A stretch of DNA of 64,000 nt from Octopus sinensis (taxonomy: Eukaryota): assembly GCF_006345805.1 (NCBI RefSeq), contig NW_021833026.1, forward strand, positions 186,001 to 250,000. Direction: 5' to 3'. The notes under the pieces were generated by a model. It was given only the letters and a program-made list of their open reading frames with translations, had not been told where the DNA came from and ran no database searches. Every line of letters starts with the position of its first letter. The first letter of the stretch is position 1. Both the position numbers and the translations under genes were made by a program. This document shows positions 38,702-51,618 of this stretch, one piece after another.

Positions 38702-41700
38702 TAATATCAATAAATGTAATTTAGCTTTTCTGCGGTTTAGATTACTTTCCAAATAATAAAATCAATGTTGTGGAAATATGAATTAATTAAAAAAAATAAT
38801 AAATAATTTTTTTGAAAAGACAACAATGATACTTAAACGAATGTGATTAGTTAAATTTTTCAAGTAACATTATTAGCAAAATAAATTCCTTTCTAAATAT
38901 AATCTAAATAATTTCAATTCATAGATAACTATTTATGATTTTATATAATGAAGTCTAATCACATTAAGGTTTAGAAAGATATAAAATACTGTTAATTAAT
39001 GACGAGTAATAGCTGAATTTTAATTAATCCTTTAACGCGTTTTATAGATCGCGAATCCTTAAGTTGTTTTTTGTGTTTCTTGTAATTTCTTTTAATTTTT
39101 AACAGTCTTAGCCGCGAGCGCCATAATATTTATAACTCTGCTTGGGCAGGATACACATTTTATTTTTAATGATAACAGTTAATTTTAACTAATTGTAGAA
39201 TTAAGGAATGATCTTCACTTCATTTTTTCTTTTTCTTGTGTGTGCGTGTTTCCTAGATTCTTGGGTCTTTTCTAAATTTCTTTTGTTTTTTTATTATTTA
39301 AGTATTTTAATTTAAATTTATTAATGAAATAAATTATTAAAAGGATTACATAATTTAATAATCGGTAGTATTTAGTTGCGTAAATCTATAAAATATTTTT
39401 CATAAAAATTTTTTTGTTTTGAAATCTGCTAGAATGTCAACTTATTTTGAAGAAATCAACCAAGAGGTGACTCTCTCAGTCTCAAACCTTAGGTCGAGCT
39501 TTTGCTAAAATCCAAAATAAGGAAACGAATCGACGATCTAAATGATTTCATCAAAGTTTATTTTCCCATCTAAATATAGTCCCCCCTTTTAAAAAAAGAT
39601 CGGAACATCACTGTTAAAACAAAAATCCCGACACCCGAAGCACTATTCCTGACGGTTTTATTTCCTACTAACCACTAGAATTGTATCCCCCAACAGAGAG
39701 AAATAGAGAACTCCAATAACTCTCCAACAAATGAATGCGTACTTTCGAATTTCGGGAAAGAAGTTAAACAGTTTGGCATGAAGTTAAACGATATGTTGTG
39801 GATGCCGCCAAAAGAGAGTGTGGAGACCAATCACGCGATTGGAGAATTGATCAAAATGGAAACCTTATTTACCAATAAAATGATAAAGGATATAATTAAT
39901 GTAAACTTACTGTCCAATTTGTAGATAAAAATGTGGATAAATTTTCTAATTCCAAAGATTGAGGACGGAAACAACTTTGGAGTGGCTATCCAAGTATATT
40001 GACTGCTTATCTTGTAGGAACATGTTTTATCTAAAATCAAGATTTTTGAAAACTATCTTGTAAGCAACAATGAAGCGAGGGGGTACTTCAGCGGCAGAGC
40101 CAAAATTGTGGAAAAAATAGCCCGTTACCCTTTCATTGTAAGGATTATATTTATTTTCAGAAAGACTTTCGGGAGGCCCTGGAAAATTTTGATCGGCGAA
40201 TGTTTGCCGGTATCAAATACAGGGCTGTTTGTTTGAAAAACAACTATGTTTTATTCGAAATTTCATTGTTTAGGAACTCATTCTGGACTTAGTCAATAAG
40301 AATATTGCCAAAATTAAATCCCCCCGAATCACCTACTCAGATTCAATGTTTTAACCAAATTTCTTTTTTAATGTTATCTTTATTCCGATTTAAAAATTGC
40401 CATTAAAGCTATTCATTTGTGGTTTGGAATTGTCTATTGAAATAAATAATGTTATTTATTAGGTAATTATTTAAATAAAAATTGTCTTGTGGCTTAGAAT
40501 AAAACCTCAATGTCTGTAATTATTTAAAGTAATTATTTTCACTATTCAAATCAGTATATGACATGATAAAGTATTCAAGACAAAATTGGCAATCGAATTG
40601 ATCCAAACGATTGCAAATGAAACACTTTGGAATGACCTTTCTCGGATCTAAAGAAAAACTTCAAAGCCTCTATTTCTTGGACAACTTATACAATCTTCAC
40701 TTTGGCCTTTTAATGAGCCACACCAGCTTCCATAATCCAAATTAAATTTGTTTTTCAGCACAATAGTGAAATACTATTATTTCTATCAAGAAAATGTATT
40801 AACTAAACCAAAAGTGAGAAATTAACTAATTCATTGACCCTGGTCTTCTGAGATTTTACTCTTCTTGGGAGAAATATTCACCAACGCACTATTATTTACA
40901 TTTTACGAATCATTCATAATTTTATCCGAAGGGTCTTTGCAAAATCGGTTTTTCATTTCAATCAACTGGATAGTTGGTGTAATGAATTCTTGTCGAAGCA
41001 TATGAATGCCATTCCTATGCTCCACCGCCATGCTTTCTAGTGTCTTCTTCATCACAAGTGCCTGAATGTATGTTCTGGTTTGGTTTTAAACTGATAATTT
41101 TTCCATACAGGCTTGATACAACTTTGAAACCACCCCGTTTCATGTCAATGCAATTAAAATAATCTTCACACAAACTTACAAGTTTTTTTTTTTTTTTTAC
41201 TATTAAATATCAAACTAGAAAGAAAAAAGTAAGCAATTGGGTGGCTAAGGGAATTGTCGAGGGCCTGAGGGTCAGTTCAACGATGCCGCGCTGCGTATTG
41301 AGTGGCAGTTTCCGCGGAGCACAGCAACCGAGATTCGCTGGAACAGCCAGCTCGTCTCCCTCCGGTCGTTTGTTTTTGTGGAGATTTTTCTACCAATGGC
41401 GGTGAGGAGTTGAGTCGCAGCCTTTCCGACGATTCCAGAGGTTCGAAGGCGAGGGGGGCAAACTCAAAAGCGTCCGAAATACACCGGTATTTCGTCATCT
41501 TTGTCTCTTCAGCCAGCGCACTGGCGGAACCCGGGTTTGCGACAGTCCTGGGAAGCATTGTCGCCGAAAAAGAGTCGACACACGTGGCATCCAAACCAGG
41601 GACTTGCCTTCCCTAAAAGGAAAGGTCGTCATCCCGTCGGGACGCTTGCCGTCGCTCCGGGAAAGGCCGACTGGCTCTAGGGTGGAAGGGAAACCAGCCG

Positions 41701-41709
41701 ACTCTAGAG

Positions 41710-44364
41710 CAGAGGTTTCCAAATGGGGAGGCGCGCCTCCCTAGGGAGGCGTTGACTCGTGTCAAGGGAGGCGCGAAAAGTATTTCAGAAACATTTTTAA
41801 AAAATTATATCTATGTAAAAACGTGACTATATTCCGATAATAAGAGTTATTAATTTAAAAATTATATTTTTTCAAAAATTTATTTAATTTATTCATGTGT
41901 TAAAAATTTTAACACATGAATAAATTCTTGAGTGGTTGCAAAAGAAAATTCACGAATAATAAAGATTTTGACGATGGTTCAAAAAATCAAAATGATTGGA
42001 ATATAATCAATACCACTCCAAAGACAAGAAAATACTTTCCATCTTACTTATTGTTAGGATTCACACGTATCTTTGTTGATTCTATGGAAAAACCCCTCTG
42101 TTTGCTTTGCCTCAAAACACTTGCAGCAGATAGTATGAGGCCATGCAAATTAAGAAGACATTTTGAAACGATGCATTCTGAACATGTCCATAAGTCTGAA
42201 GAATTTTTTAAAAGAAAATTAGAAGAGTTTGATAACCAAACGAAAAATTGTTAAAAAAACTTGTTTCTGTCTCTTCAAATGCTTTACTAGCATCGTACAA
42301 AGTTTCTTACAGGATTGCAAAATGCAAGAAACCGCACAATATCGGAGAAACTCTAGTTTTGCCAGCAGCTATCGATATGGTTGAAGCAATGTTTGGCGAA
42401 TCCTATGCAAAACAATTACAGCAAATACCGCTTGCTGATAACACAGTCGCTAGAAGAATTGATGACATATCTGAAGATCTTTGTGATCAGTTGGTTTCTC
42501 GACTACGTAACTGTAATTTTGCTATACAAGTTGATGAGGGAGCTGACATAAATAAAAATGCACATTTAATTGCATATGTCAGATATGCTGAAGAAAGTAC
42601 AATAATAGAAGATTTATTATTTCCTGAAAGGACCACAGGCAATGAAATTTTTAATATAATTGATACTTTTTTGAAGAAAACAACATAGAATGGATCAATT
42701 GTGTTGGACTTTGTACAGACGGAGCACAATAAATGTCAGGAAATAAATCTGGTTTTTAAGCTCTTGTAAAAAACAGAGCACCAGAAATTATCTGGACGCA
42801 CTGCATGCTGCACAGATCAGCACTTGTCTCAAAGAATATGAGTCCAGAACTGAACGATATTTTTGCGCAAATTACAAAAGTTATAAACTACATAAAACAC
42901 AGTCCTTTAAGAGCTAAGCTTTTTGCAAAGCTGTGTGAAGATATGGATTCAAAATACATCGCTTTTATACTATTGTGAGGTACGCTGGCTATCTCGTGCA
43001 AAAGTGATTAGAAGGGTGTTTGAACTCAAAGATCAAGTTGCAGATTTTCTTGATGAAAATGATATTGAAGATGCAAAGTGTTCAGGGATGATGACTTTAT
43101 TGTCAAATTTGCCTATTTAGTTGACATTTTTGGGAAATTGAGTATATTGAATAAATCAATGCAGGGACCACAACTACATTTATTCTCTCAAAAGGACAAA
43201 ATAAAAGCATTTATGAAAAAATTGGTATTATGGAAATCAAATATACAAAAAAATATCTATGACATGTTTCCACTTTAAAACCCTTTGCGCCATAGTGAAC
43301 ATTGAAGCAAACAAAGACATATTTGCTGAACATTTGGATGTTTGTTGAAGCATTTTGCTCACTATTTTAAAGATCTCGACTGTAAAATGTTCGAATGGAT
43401 ACAGAATCCATTTATTGATGAAGAAGATAATCAATTTGCATTGACAACTTTTGAAAAAGAAAAATTGATAGAATTGTCATGCGATACATTATTGAAACAA
43501 AAATTTGAGAGAGAACCGCTAATTTCTTTTTGGTTGAATGTAAGAACGGAATATGAAATTTTGTCGAATAAAGCAATGAAAGTTTTGTTGCCATTTGCTA
43601 CTTCATATTTATGCGAAACTGGATTTTCTGCACTAGCTGCAATTAAATCTAAATATCGAACTCGTTTAGTAGTGACTAATGAGCTAAGAGTAGCACTCTC
43701 TGCGATGACACCAAGATTTGAAAAACTTTGCGCCAAGATAGAAAAAAAATTATCTCATTAACTTTTTGTTTTAAAAAATTGTTTTTGATAAAATAATAAG
43801 GTACTTTTGTCGAAGTGGTCGCAGTTTTTTTAGGCCTTTTAAAAAATCTAATAATTTTGAGGTGGAATATATTATATTTTATTTAAGTCGCTCTATCAAT
43901 AATTTAAATATTATTAAATTTTTTACTAATTTATTTTCTAATTTTTTTAATATTATGGCGAGCATGTACCTAATATTGATATAAACTGGCACTATAGGTC
44001 ACATGGAAAATTCTGTTGGGACTTATGCAACATCAAATTCCGACAGCTCCCAATAAGTAAGGAGGATGCAGTGCATTTTCTGCAAAATATATTCAGAAAA
44101 TTCTTTGTGGATCCAACGACGGGAGTGCACACCCAGACAGTAGAACGAATGTGGGGAAGTGCAAAATGCAAGAATAAAGCTCAAAGAGGAGCTGTACTAT
44201 TTTTCACTAAAAAAATTAATTAATTTTAATTATCTTCTAAAAAAACTGCGACCACTTCGACAAATACCAATAATAATTGTATTATATTATGGAATATAAA
44301 GGGAGGCGCAAGATTGTACTTTTTCTCTAAGGGAGGCGCGTAAAAAAAAGCTTGGAAACCTCTG
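41710..44364 (+). mobile_element. hAT (Buster/ZBED8-type) transposon, near full-length, disrupted transposase
   Basis: TIRs CAGAGGTTTCCAA / TTGGAAACCTCTG; TSD CTCTAGAG (41702-41709, 44365-44372); PLCLLC..DSMRPCKL, QVDEG.D, CTDGA, HCMLHR, VRWLSRAK, FATSYLCETGFS. Confidence 0.96.
43800..44268 (+). mobile_element. Merlin (IS1595/ISXO2-like) non-autonomous element nested in the hAT
   Basis: TIRs GGTACTTTTGTCGAAGTGGTCGCAGTTTTTTTAG and its near-perfect complement ending at 44268; 8-bp TSD AATAATAA; internal FVDPTTGVHTQTVERMWGSAK. Confidence 0.88.
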
Positions 44365-46899
44365 CTCTAGAGCCCTCCTCACAACGTCATTCAGATGAGT
44401 GTGACGGGGAATTCTCCCGGCACTCTTCTTACACGACAAGGCGTGCAAGCCGTTTGACGAAATTGAGGACCCGCACCGGCAAGGGTGGGGCTGGCAGATG
44501 TCCAAACCCAATCGTAAGCTGATCCCAATCCGCAAGGATTCGTCGTCCAGTAGTAACCCCGTACTAGGAGTGGGGAGAGCTTTGAGCCAGTCACCCGTGT
44601 GCGGCTGACAGGCGCAGTTAAGGGTGGCCAGCTGGAGTTGGTCCGACTTGGAGCAAAATTTTCGTAATGTGTTCAAGCAGAGAATTTCGTCCCAGCCCCT
44701 TTGAACTGAAGGGATCGTGGGAAAATCAAGGTCGAGTGAGCACCACGTACGGCATGCAGATGAGAATTCCGAGAGCTCATTAAGTTCGAGAGAGGGAAGT
44801 AGAACTGAGCAAACGGAATTCCTGGAAGCCGACATGGATGAGAGATCAGAGTAGGGCCAGGTCCGCACAAGGCGGATCCCGATCCCCCCGAAGCGAGTTG
44901 GTAAACTGGCACGGGTAAAACCGTCACCAGTGAACCTCAAATTGAGGTGGAATGTTAGCGATTGGTGGACAGGATTATCGATTCTGGATAATGAGTCTGT
45001 GGCAGCGAAACACGGGGAGGAACGGAGAATATAGGTCAGTCTGGGGACGAAAAGAAATTCTTCAACAAGAAAAACGCAAGATGCGAGCCAAGCCCACGGA
45101 TCCGATCAGTGAGTAGTTTAATTTCGTCCCATTTAGACGATAAGGCATTTTCTATGCCTTCAGCGGAAATTGGAGAGCCCAAGATAACTAGATCGCTGGT
45201 GGGCGTTAGCCTTAACCCAACGATCAGGCTGCTGAGAGAGGAGAATGTGTTGCGGAGAGCGGCGGGGGCAAGAGAAATGTTAACGAGTTCGCATTTTTCG
45301 CCGTTAAGAGATAGTCCGATCTTGGAGAAACCGGAAGTGATTCTCTTAACGTCTTCCATAACGACCTCTGTAGGTCCACCAATCGTCACGTCGTCCAGGT
45401 ACCAGAAGTTAACAGTGGAAGAAAGGTTCCGTGCAATGTGGTCAACAGAGAGGGCAAACAGCAATGGGCCCAGTGGGTCACCCTGCTGAATGCCGCATTC
45501 TGACATGATGATCTGATCATGGATCAGAAGGCAGCTTGGGGCAGAGTATGCCAGCTTTACAATTGGGAAGAGAACGGGGCAACGTGCCGAGACCACTTCG
45601 AGCAGATGGTCCCGGCGGACGCAGTTGAATGCGTTGCTGACGTCCAGCTTCACGATGAACTTGCAGTCTTCTGGCTTTGACTGGACAAGTTGGCGAGTGC
45701 CGTGCGCGAGAATTTCGCAGGCACCTTGGACGCCGACACCGTACTGGAAAGGGAGAAACTCCAGACTCAGGGGGGGACCACCCTGCGGGACATTATCTTG
45801 GCCGAGAGTCTCCTGAAAACGTTACCGACCGCAATGGGCCTCACGCCACCATCGGCTTTCGACAGGGCAATGAGGCCAGCAGAGAAAAGAAGATCTCTGG
45901 CGACGGTTGGAATCTCGCCCGAGACAATGTGCGAACAAAGACGAGTGACAGAAGATAGCAGGTCTTTTCCGGATTCGTGGGTCAATGGGCTCAGGAGATC
46001 GCGTAGGTGGATGGGCTTTACACCGTCTATCCCGCCGCTGCTACTGGGCGCAAAAGACCCGAGAGCGGCCGAAACCTCAGACGAGGTTATCGGGTTGGAC
46101 GGAGCCGAAACTAACGTCGGTGTTGCACGGAGGTCGGTGGGAGCTTGGGGGTGTTTGCTGCGGAGTTGATTCAGGACAGCATCACACCGAGGAGCCACAG
46201 AGGAGTTGGATGAAATTGCGCGCACTGCTCCAGAGATATCGCCCTGGAGGAGTTTGCTTCGGACTGCCCGGGAAAAGCGCAACTTACAAGTGAGGTCTCA
46301 GACTATCGATTTATAGCTGTTCTTAAAGTTTCTTAGTGTAGCGTCAAAAATTTTTGTAATAAGGTACAGAAATCTAGTATTCGACAGCTGAATTAGTGGG
46401 TGTTTTTTTTCTATTTTAGTACCCTCGCTTGGAAGAAGCACTAATCTCAAAAAAGTGGAAAAGAACATTTTATGTAAAGTTAAAAAATGTGAATCTTGGC
46501 TGAAAATTCAGTCGCTAACTAACCATTTCTTGGCCATCTCAGGGGAATAAATTCTTCCTAATTTAACTTCATGGAGGAAGTCATCAATGGCGAGACTTGT
46601 CAAACTTAACTTGCTTTCTGTTTAATGACCATATAATCAAATTGGAAGTCATTCAACAATAACCGTTAACATTAGAGCAATAAATAAAATCATTGACTAC
46701 ACAGTCATTTCACCAATAAAACTCGGCACAAGCACTTATTATAGCATTAAAGGTACACTCTCAACCAAACAAAATCTACGATATATGGACTGCGATTTCA
46801 TTTTGGATTTTACTATTCAAAGGCATCGAAAATCGCATTACGTTTTCATTGATGCACGAGTCAAGTAACCATCGTTTGGAATAATTTAACAATAACAAC

Positions 46900-47563
46900 C
46901 AAAAAAGAAGTGCTGAAACAAAGGACTAGTACTTTACAAATACTTCAGGCAGCAAATAACATCACCAACCATCCTTCCGAGTATCCACACACAAAAAATA
47001 AAAAAACTACCACTTGTTTGTCTAACTATACAGTAGTTACGCTTAGTTCTGGCCTTTTCCTGACCTATGCATTCAACGAAAAGAGGTACAAATAAGTTAA
47101 CTGCACAGGCAGGACCAGTTAAACGATTACATCGTTGGAGTAGTGATCTTTCTGCAGGTTCATGCACAGAAATTTTGCTACGACTTGTTATTCTTTTGAA
47201 TTAGCAGACTTGAGTGTTTACTCATATTTTATAACACACATTTAAGTAACTCACCAAATTATTCATCAATAGTAGATGGACGGGATGTGTATTAAATGAT
47301 CTAGGAATTTCACCTCTAACGGAGCAATGTGGATGTTTTCGGATGTTCCTGTTAATCATTACTTTTACTATCGTAATCAATAAAAAATACACATGTTTGA
47401 AGTGGACGTATGCCTCCGTTTGTACGTGATGATATATCCTGTTGACGTAGAATTGTTGGAAGGAGGGCCAGAATTCCTGAAATTTATCTCTATCATATTT
47501 TGTTTTTATACTTTGCTCCGAAGTCTTTGAGCACTCCGAAATATCGATAGTCTTCGACTCCAT
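46900..47563 (-). CDS. Possible multi-exon host gene of unknown function
   Basis: ORF MESKTIDISECS... with candidate short GT..AG introns and a downstream hydrophobic segment; no motif recognised. Confidence 0.3.
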
Positions 47564-47578
47564 TAAGAGTTCTGCGGT

Positions 47579-48180
47579 TATTATTATTATTTAACCCAAG
47601 AATCACCAACAGTTAATTAGGGTAATTAATTAGGTGATTCCAACAATCCTCAAAATCTTTCTCAGCTTTTCCCGATGTTGGACTCTGGACCCAACGCAAG
47701 TGCGGGACGGGCGGGGAGCAGTTTTTGTGAGGAATTGGATTGGGGTGATTTGCTTCTGATTGTTGAAATCTTTTGGCAGGTGGTCTTGTTGGATGGCTAA
47801 GAAACCCTTTCTATCTTTCTTAATAAGTTGGTCAAGCGGAGTTGGGGTAATGTTGTTCAGTTTGGAAATTTTCGTTATGCTAGCCGCGACTCGGCATAGT
47901 GTACTCTCAATTTTAAGGCGGTTAGACCATGAGAGATTAGAACTCCAAGCGGCGCAGGCATAGCCAATTGTTGGTTCGATGAATTGTTTGTAGAGAATGC
48001 CGAGAGCCGGGAACGGTGTCTTTAGTCCACCAAAAATCGATTTGATTAGTCCAATCTTTCTCTGACTGGATCCGATGGCCTTCTCTAAATGGGCAGTAAA
48101 ACACATGTGGGTGTCAAAAGTTCTTCGTGAATGGGATCTTTTCGTTGTCCAGAAAAAGATCAATAGTAAGGCTTCCAAGT
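47579..48180 (-). mobile_element. 'GIT-end' I/Jockey-like LINE 3' fragment with (TAA)n tail
   Basis: FDTHMCFTAH, LYKQFIEPTIGYACAAW, ends QHREKLRKILRIVGIT*; 3' UTR similar to the 12307 copy. Confidence 0.8.
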
Positions 48181-48189
48181 CTCTTGTCC

Positions 48190-48500
48190 AACGTTCGGTT
48201 CTCCAATAATATTAGATTAGTCTTAAACTTTTGAGAATTCATCTCAAGTCTCGCAACTTCAAAGTACTAGACAATAATATTCATAATTTTAATTACAGTT
48301 TCTTATTTCTGAGCAACTATCTTTAAATCATCAACAGAGTATGTCAACATATTAGAATCTTTTTGATCAAAAAGTTAAAATTAAGTATTTTGCTCTGTGG
48401 AACCATTACTAATACAAATAATTGCTAGGATAAGGTGTCGCCTTGTAGAATTCCACGGTTCAATACAAATTAAACGACCACTTATTTGTGTATTTGATAA
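48190..48500 (-). mobile_element. R4/Dong-like RT relic
   Basis: QGDTLS*QLFVLVM and YSVDDLKIVAQK..LEMNSQK. Confidence 0.5.
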
Positions 48501-48651
48501 ATTCATCAAAGCGATGAAATAAAAATAATAAATAAAATAAATATTTAACAGACCCGATCGCAGTGGAGACGTCGGGAGTCCTCTGTCCCAGAACTAAAAA
48601 ATCCTATTAAACTGGAGGACCTCGCCTTTATATTAATTGGCCTTTCGCGTG

Positions 48652-51600
48652 CGCGCGTGTTCTTGTGGTGTTTTTCCTTGTTTGTTTTTTGGTCTTTCTT
48701 GTTGTACATTCTTGTTGTGGTATCGATCTCATTCCATATCAATCTCTTTCCTTATATAATCTTTTTTCTTTTCTGTCCTTTTTTTTCACTGTTTAATTTT
48801 TGATTATTGTAAATTCTTTCATCCTATACGTTTAATGAGTTCTCTATGCTACTCGTTCAACTGTACCAATTCGCGCAAGAGGGGAAGGGTATGCTCCTCC
48901 TGCGGCAATTTTTACCACCTATCGTGTGTAGGTCTATCTAAGGCCTCATCTTCCCGTATTCCTCTATGGAGATGTCTCAATTGTCTAGAGGGTGTTGTTT
49001 TATCTAACACTTGCCTAATCGACCCTCCTAAGCCTACTCCCAGCACTCCTGCTGTCGATTCCTCGTTCAATAGTTATACATCTGCTGTCATTTTGCAATT
49101 TCTTTCGAATTTCCGTCTCTTAAAGAAGATCCCCATCAGACTGCCAAAAGGCTCACGTGCTTCAGCCGCTGAATCCCTATGCACATTGATCCGTAAAGCC
49201 ATAAATACCAACCAAAACGAGGACTGGGCCAAACTTTTCTGTTTCCCCGTATTCGCCCTGAACCTACACATTAGCAAAGGCTCTTCCGAATCCCTGACTT
49301 CGAGGCTTAAGAACTCCATCCTCTTATATCGGAATCATACTATTTCCTTTTTTCTTTCCCAGAAATATGTTTTTCCCAAAACATCGAATAACACCTCCGA
49401 ATGCAATTTCAGTAAAAGAATCCATTCCAAACTATTGGAAGGTGACTTCACTGCCGCTCTAAGAATTCTTTGCAGTAACGACTCATTTGCCTCTATTGGG
49501 GACAAGACTCTCGAGCTGTTAAGGGAAAAACATCCCGACGTTAAAAATGATCTAGAATTCCTTTCTCGTTCTCATTTTACCGAAGTTAAAAAAGTGAGCA
49601 AAGAAGAGCTCCTTTATAATCTCAAATCATTCCGACCCTCCAGTAGTGGAGGGTTAGACGGCCTTCGTCCCGGTCACATTCGCGACCTTATATCACTCAA
49701 TTCGTCTGATGCAGGTGTAAACCTAATTGATTCAATATGCGACCTGATAACCCTTTTCATCAGTGGCCATATCTCTGATTTCGCACGTTCTCTCTTCATG
49801 TCTGGAAGCCTCACCGCCCTTAATAAAAAGGACGGCGGAATTAGACCGATTTCTGTTGGGTGCACTTTTAGACGCCTTGCAGCCAAAATATTATGCAGTC
49901 GTAGCTCCCATTCCTACCCGAGCATCTTTAAAAACATCCAATTGGGTGTCGGTGTCAGAGGAGGTTGTGAAGCATCAGCCCATTCAGTCAGAGAGTTTAT
50001 TGCTTCCAAGAATGTGCCTGACAATTGTGTCATCTTGAAAATTGACATGCGAAATGCGTTTAATTCGATCGACCGTTCCTGTTTCCTTGGAGAGTGTATG
50101 ACTCAGTTACCTGAAATCATGCCGTTCGCTAAACTTTGTTACGAGCACAGTTCCAGCCTCCTTTTCGAGGGTTCAAGTATCCTCTCTTCCACCGGGGTAC
50201 AACAGGGTGATCCTCTCGGACCACTCCTTTTCGCATTGGGTATCAACCCTATAGCAATGTCAGTCAAATCTCCCCTAAACATTTGGTACTTGGACGATGT
50301 CACAATCGGTGGCCCGGCAGATCAGGTTCTCAAAGACGCCCTTATGATATCCTCTCGGCTCGGCCACATCGGGTTATCCTTGAATCCGTCAAAGTGTGAG
50401 CTGACTAATCTTAACGTGGCCTCTTTCGATGAAATCCACAGAAACTTTACCTCACTCATTCCTGAAATCAGAATAACCCAAAAAGAAGACCTTATTATTC
50501 TCGGCTCTCCGCTCCACGGTCAGGCAACGGAAAAAATTTTGATGGAAAAGACATCAAATATGGAACAAGCAGCGAGTCGGTTATCCCAGCTAGATGCACA
50601 TGAAGGCTTGTTCCTCTTGAAGAATTTTTTATCCATTCCAAAAATTCTGTATATCCTCCGTTCATCTCCATGTTTCCTTCATCCTAAACATCTTGGGTCA
50701 ATAGACTCTATCATTCGTCGTCATGCCGAACTTATTTGTAATGTGCAACTTGATGATCTCGCATGGAAACAAGCTTCCCTACCTATTCGTATGGGAGGTA
50801 TCGGTCTCCGTTCACCTACCGACTTGGCTCTTCCAGCCTATTTGGCCTCACGATCATTTTGTAGTCCCCTCATCGGCGTCATTCTCAAGTCTTTAAATGA
50901 ATGTACCCCGTGTCGGTGGATGCAAAACGGTCTCGAGTCATGGAGCAGTCATGGTCTGAGATTCCCCGAAGTGGAATCCTCACAGAGACATTGGGACGAA
51001 ATCTGGTGCAGGGAGACTTACAGAGTTATCGAACTGTGCATGGACCAAGAACGGATCATATGTCTCAGATCGGGTGCACAACCCAATTCTGGCTCCTGGA
51101 TAAGCGCTTGTCCTATTGCGTCTACCGGCTGTAAACTGGACGACGATACCATTAGGATCGGCCTATGTCTACGTCTCGGCTTACCGATGTGCACCCCACA
51201 CCCCTGCAAATGTGGAAGGACGATTGGTCCATTGGGAAGGCACCCACTTTCGTGCACTCGTAGTGCCGGTCGTTTTCCCCGACATTCCGCCGCCAATGAC
51301 ATCATCAAAAGGGCCATGGACGCTGCCGGATTCCACTCTCAACTCGAACCAGCTGGTCTCGATAAAGGGGATGGCAAACGCCCAGACGGCGTAACCATCT
51401 ACCCGTACACGAGAGGGAAATCACTTGTTTGGGATTTTACCTGCCCTGACACGTTTGGACCTTCTTCATTCGGAAGTTCGGCATCCTTTCCTGGCTCTGC
51501 TGCAAAACGTTCTGAAGAGTTGAAGAAAAAGAAATACTCTTTCCTGGCAGACAGATATCTTTTCCAGCCGATCGCTGTGGAGACTTCTGGAGTCTTTGGA
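48652..51600 (+). mobile_element. CRE-like retrotransposon copy 5: uninterrupted PHD-RT-RLE ORF from 48835, last ~35 codons missing
   Basis: PHD C..C..CSSC..YHLSC..WRCLNC; GGLDGLRPGH, KKDGGIRPISVG, IDMRNAFN, QQGDPLGP, WYLDD, CKCG..H..SC..RFPRH, RPDG, VETSGVFG, then an abrupt switch to the leader of copy 6. Confidence 0.95.
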
Positions 51601-51618
51601 AAATTGGGTGGTTTAACA

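Larger units (their letters stand above)
41183..46280 (-). mobile_element. CRE-like retrotransposon copy 3, 5'-truncated, interrupted by hAT
   Basis: GIDGVKP, KADGGVRPIAVG, LDVSNAFN, QQGDPLGP, WYLDD; VRRALE|SAGFP rejoined on hAT removal; poly(A) (T-run 41183-41198); TSD AACTTACAAG at 41173-41182 and 46281-46290. Confidence 0.93.
40900..46480 (-). mobile_element. R4/Dong-like RLE relic interrupted by CRE copy 3 (relic occupies about 40900-41172 and 46291-46480)
   Basis: VKIILIALT*NGVVSKLY...TYIQALVMKKTLESM, paralogous to 18870-19243. Confidence 0.6.

Noticed and set aside
39600-39990. Tc1/IS630-like relic (VWHEVKRYV)
   Set aside because: Only one short motif, with no TIRs or other catalytic motifs identified.
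48545-48650. HDV-like or twister ribozyme at the 5' end of CRE copy 5
   Set aside because: GTCCCAG..CTGG encloses a 20-nt loop rather than the short L3, and no P1/P1.1 or twister pseudoknot could be built by eye. Kept only as an snRNA-like candidate.
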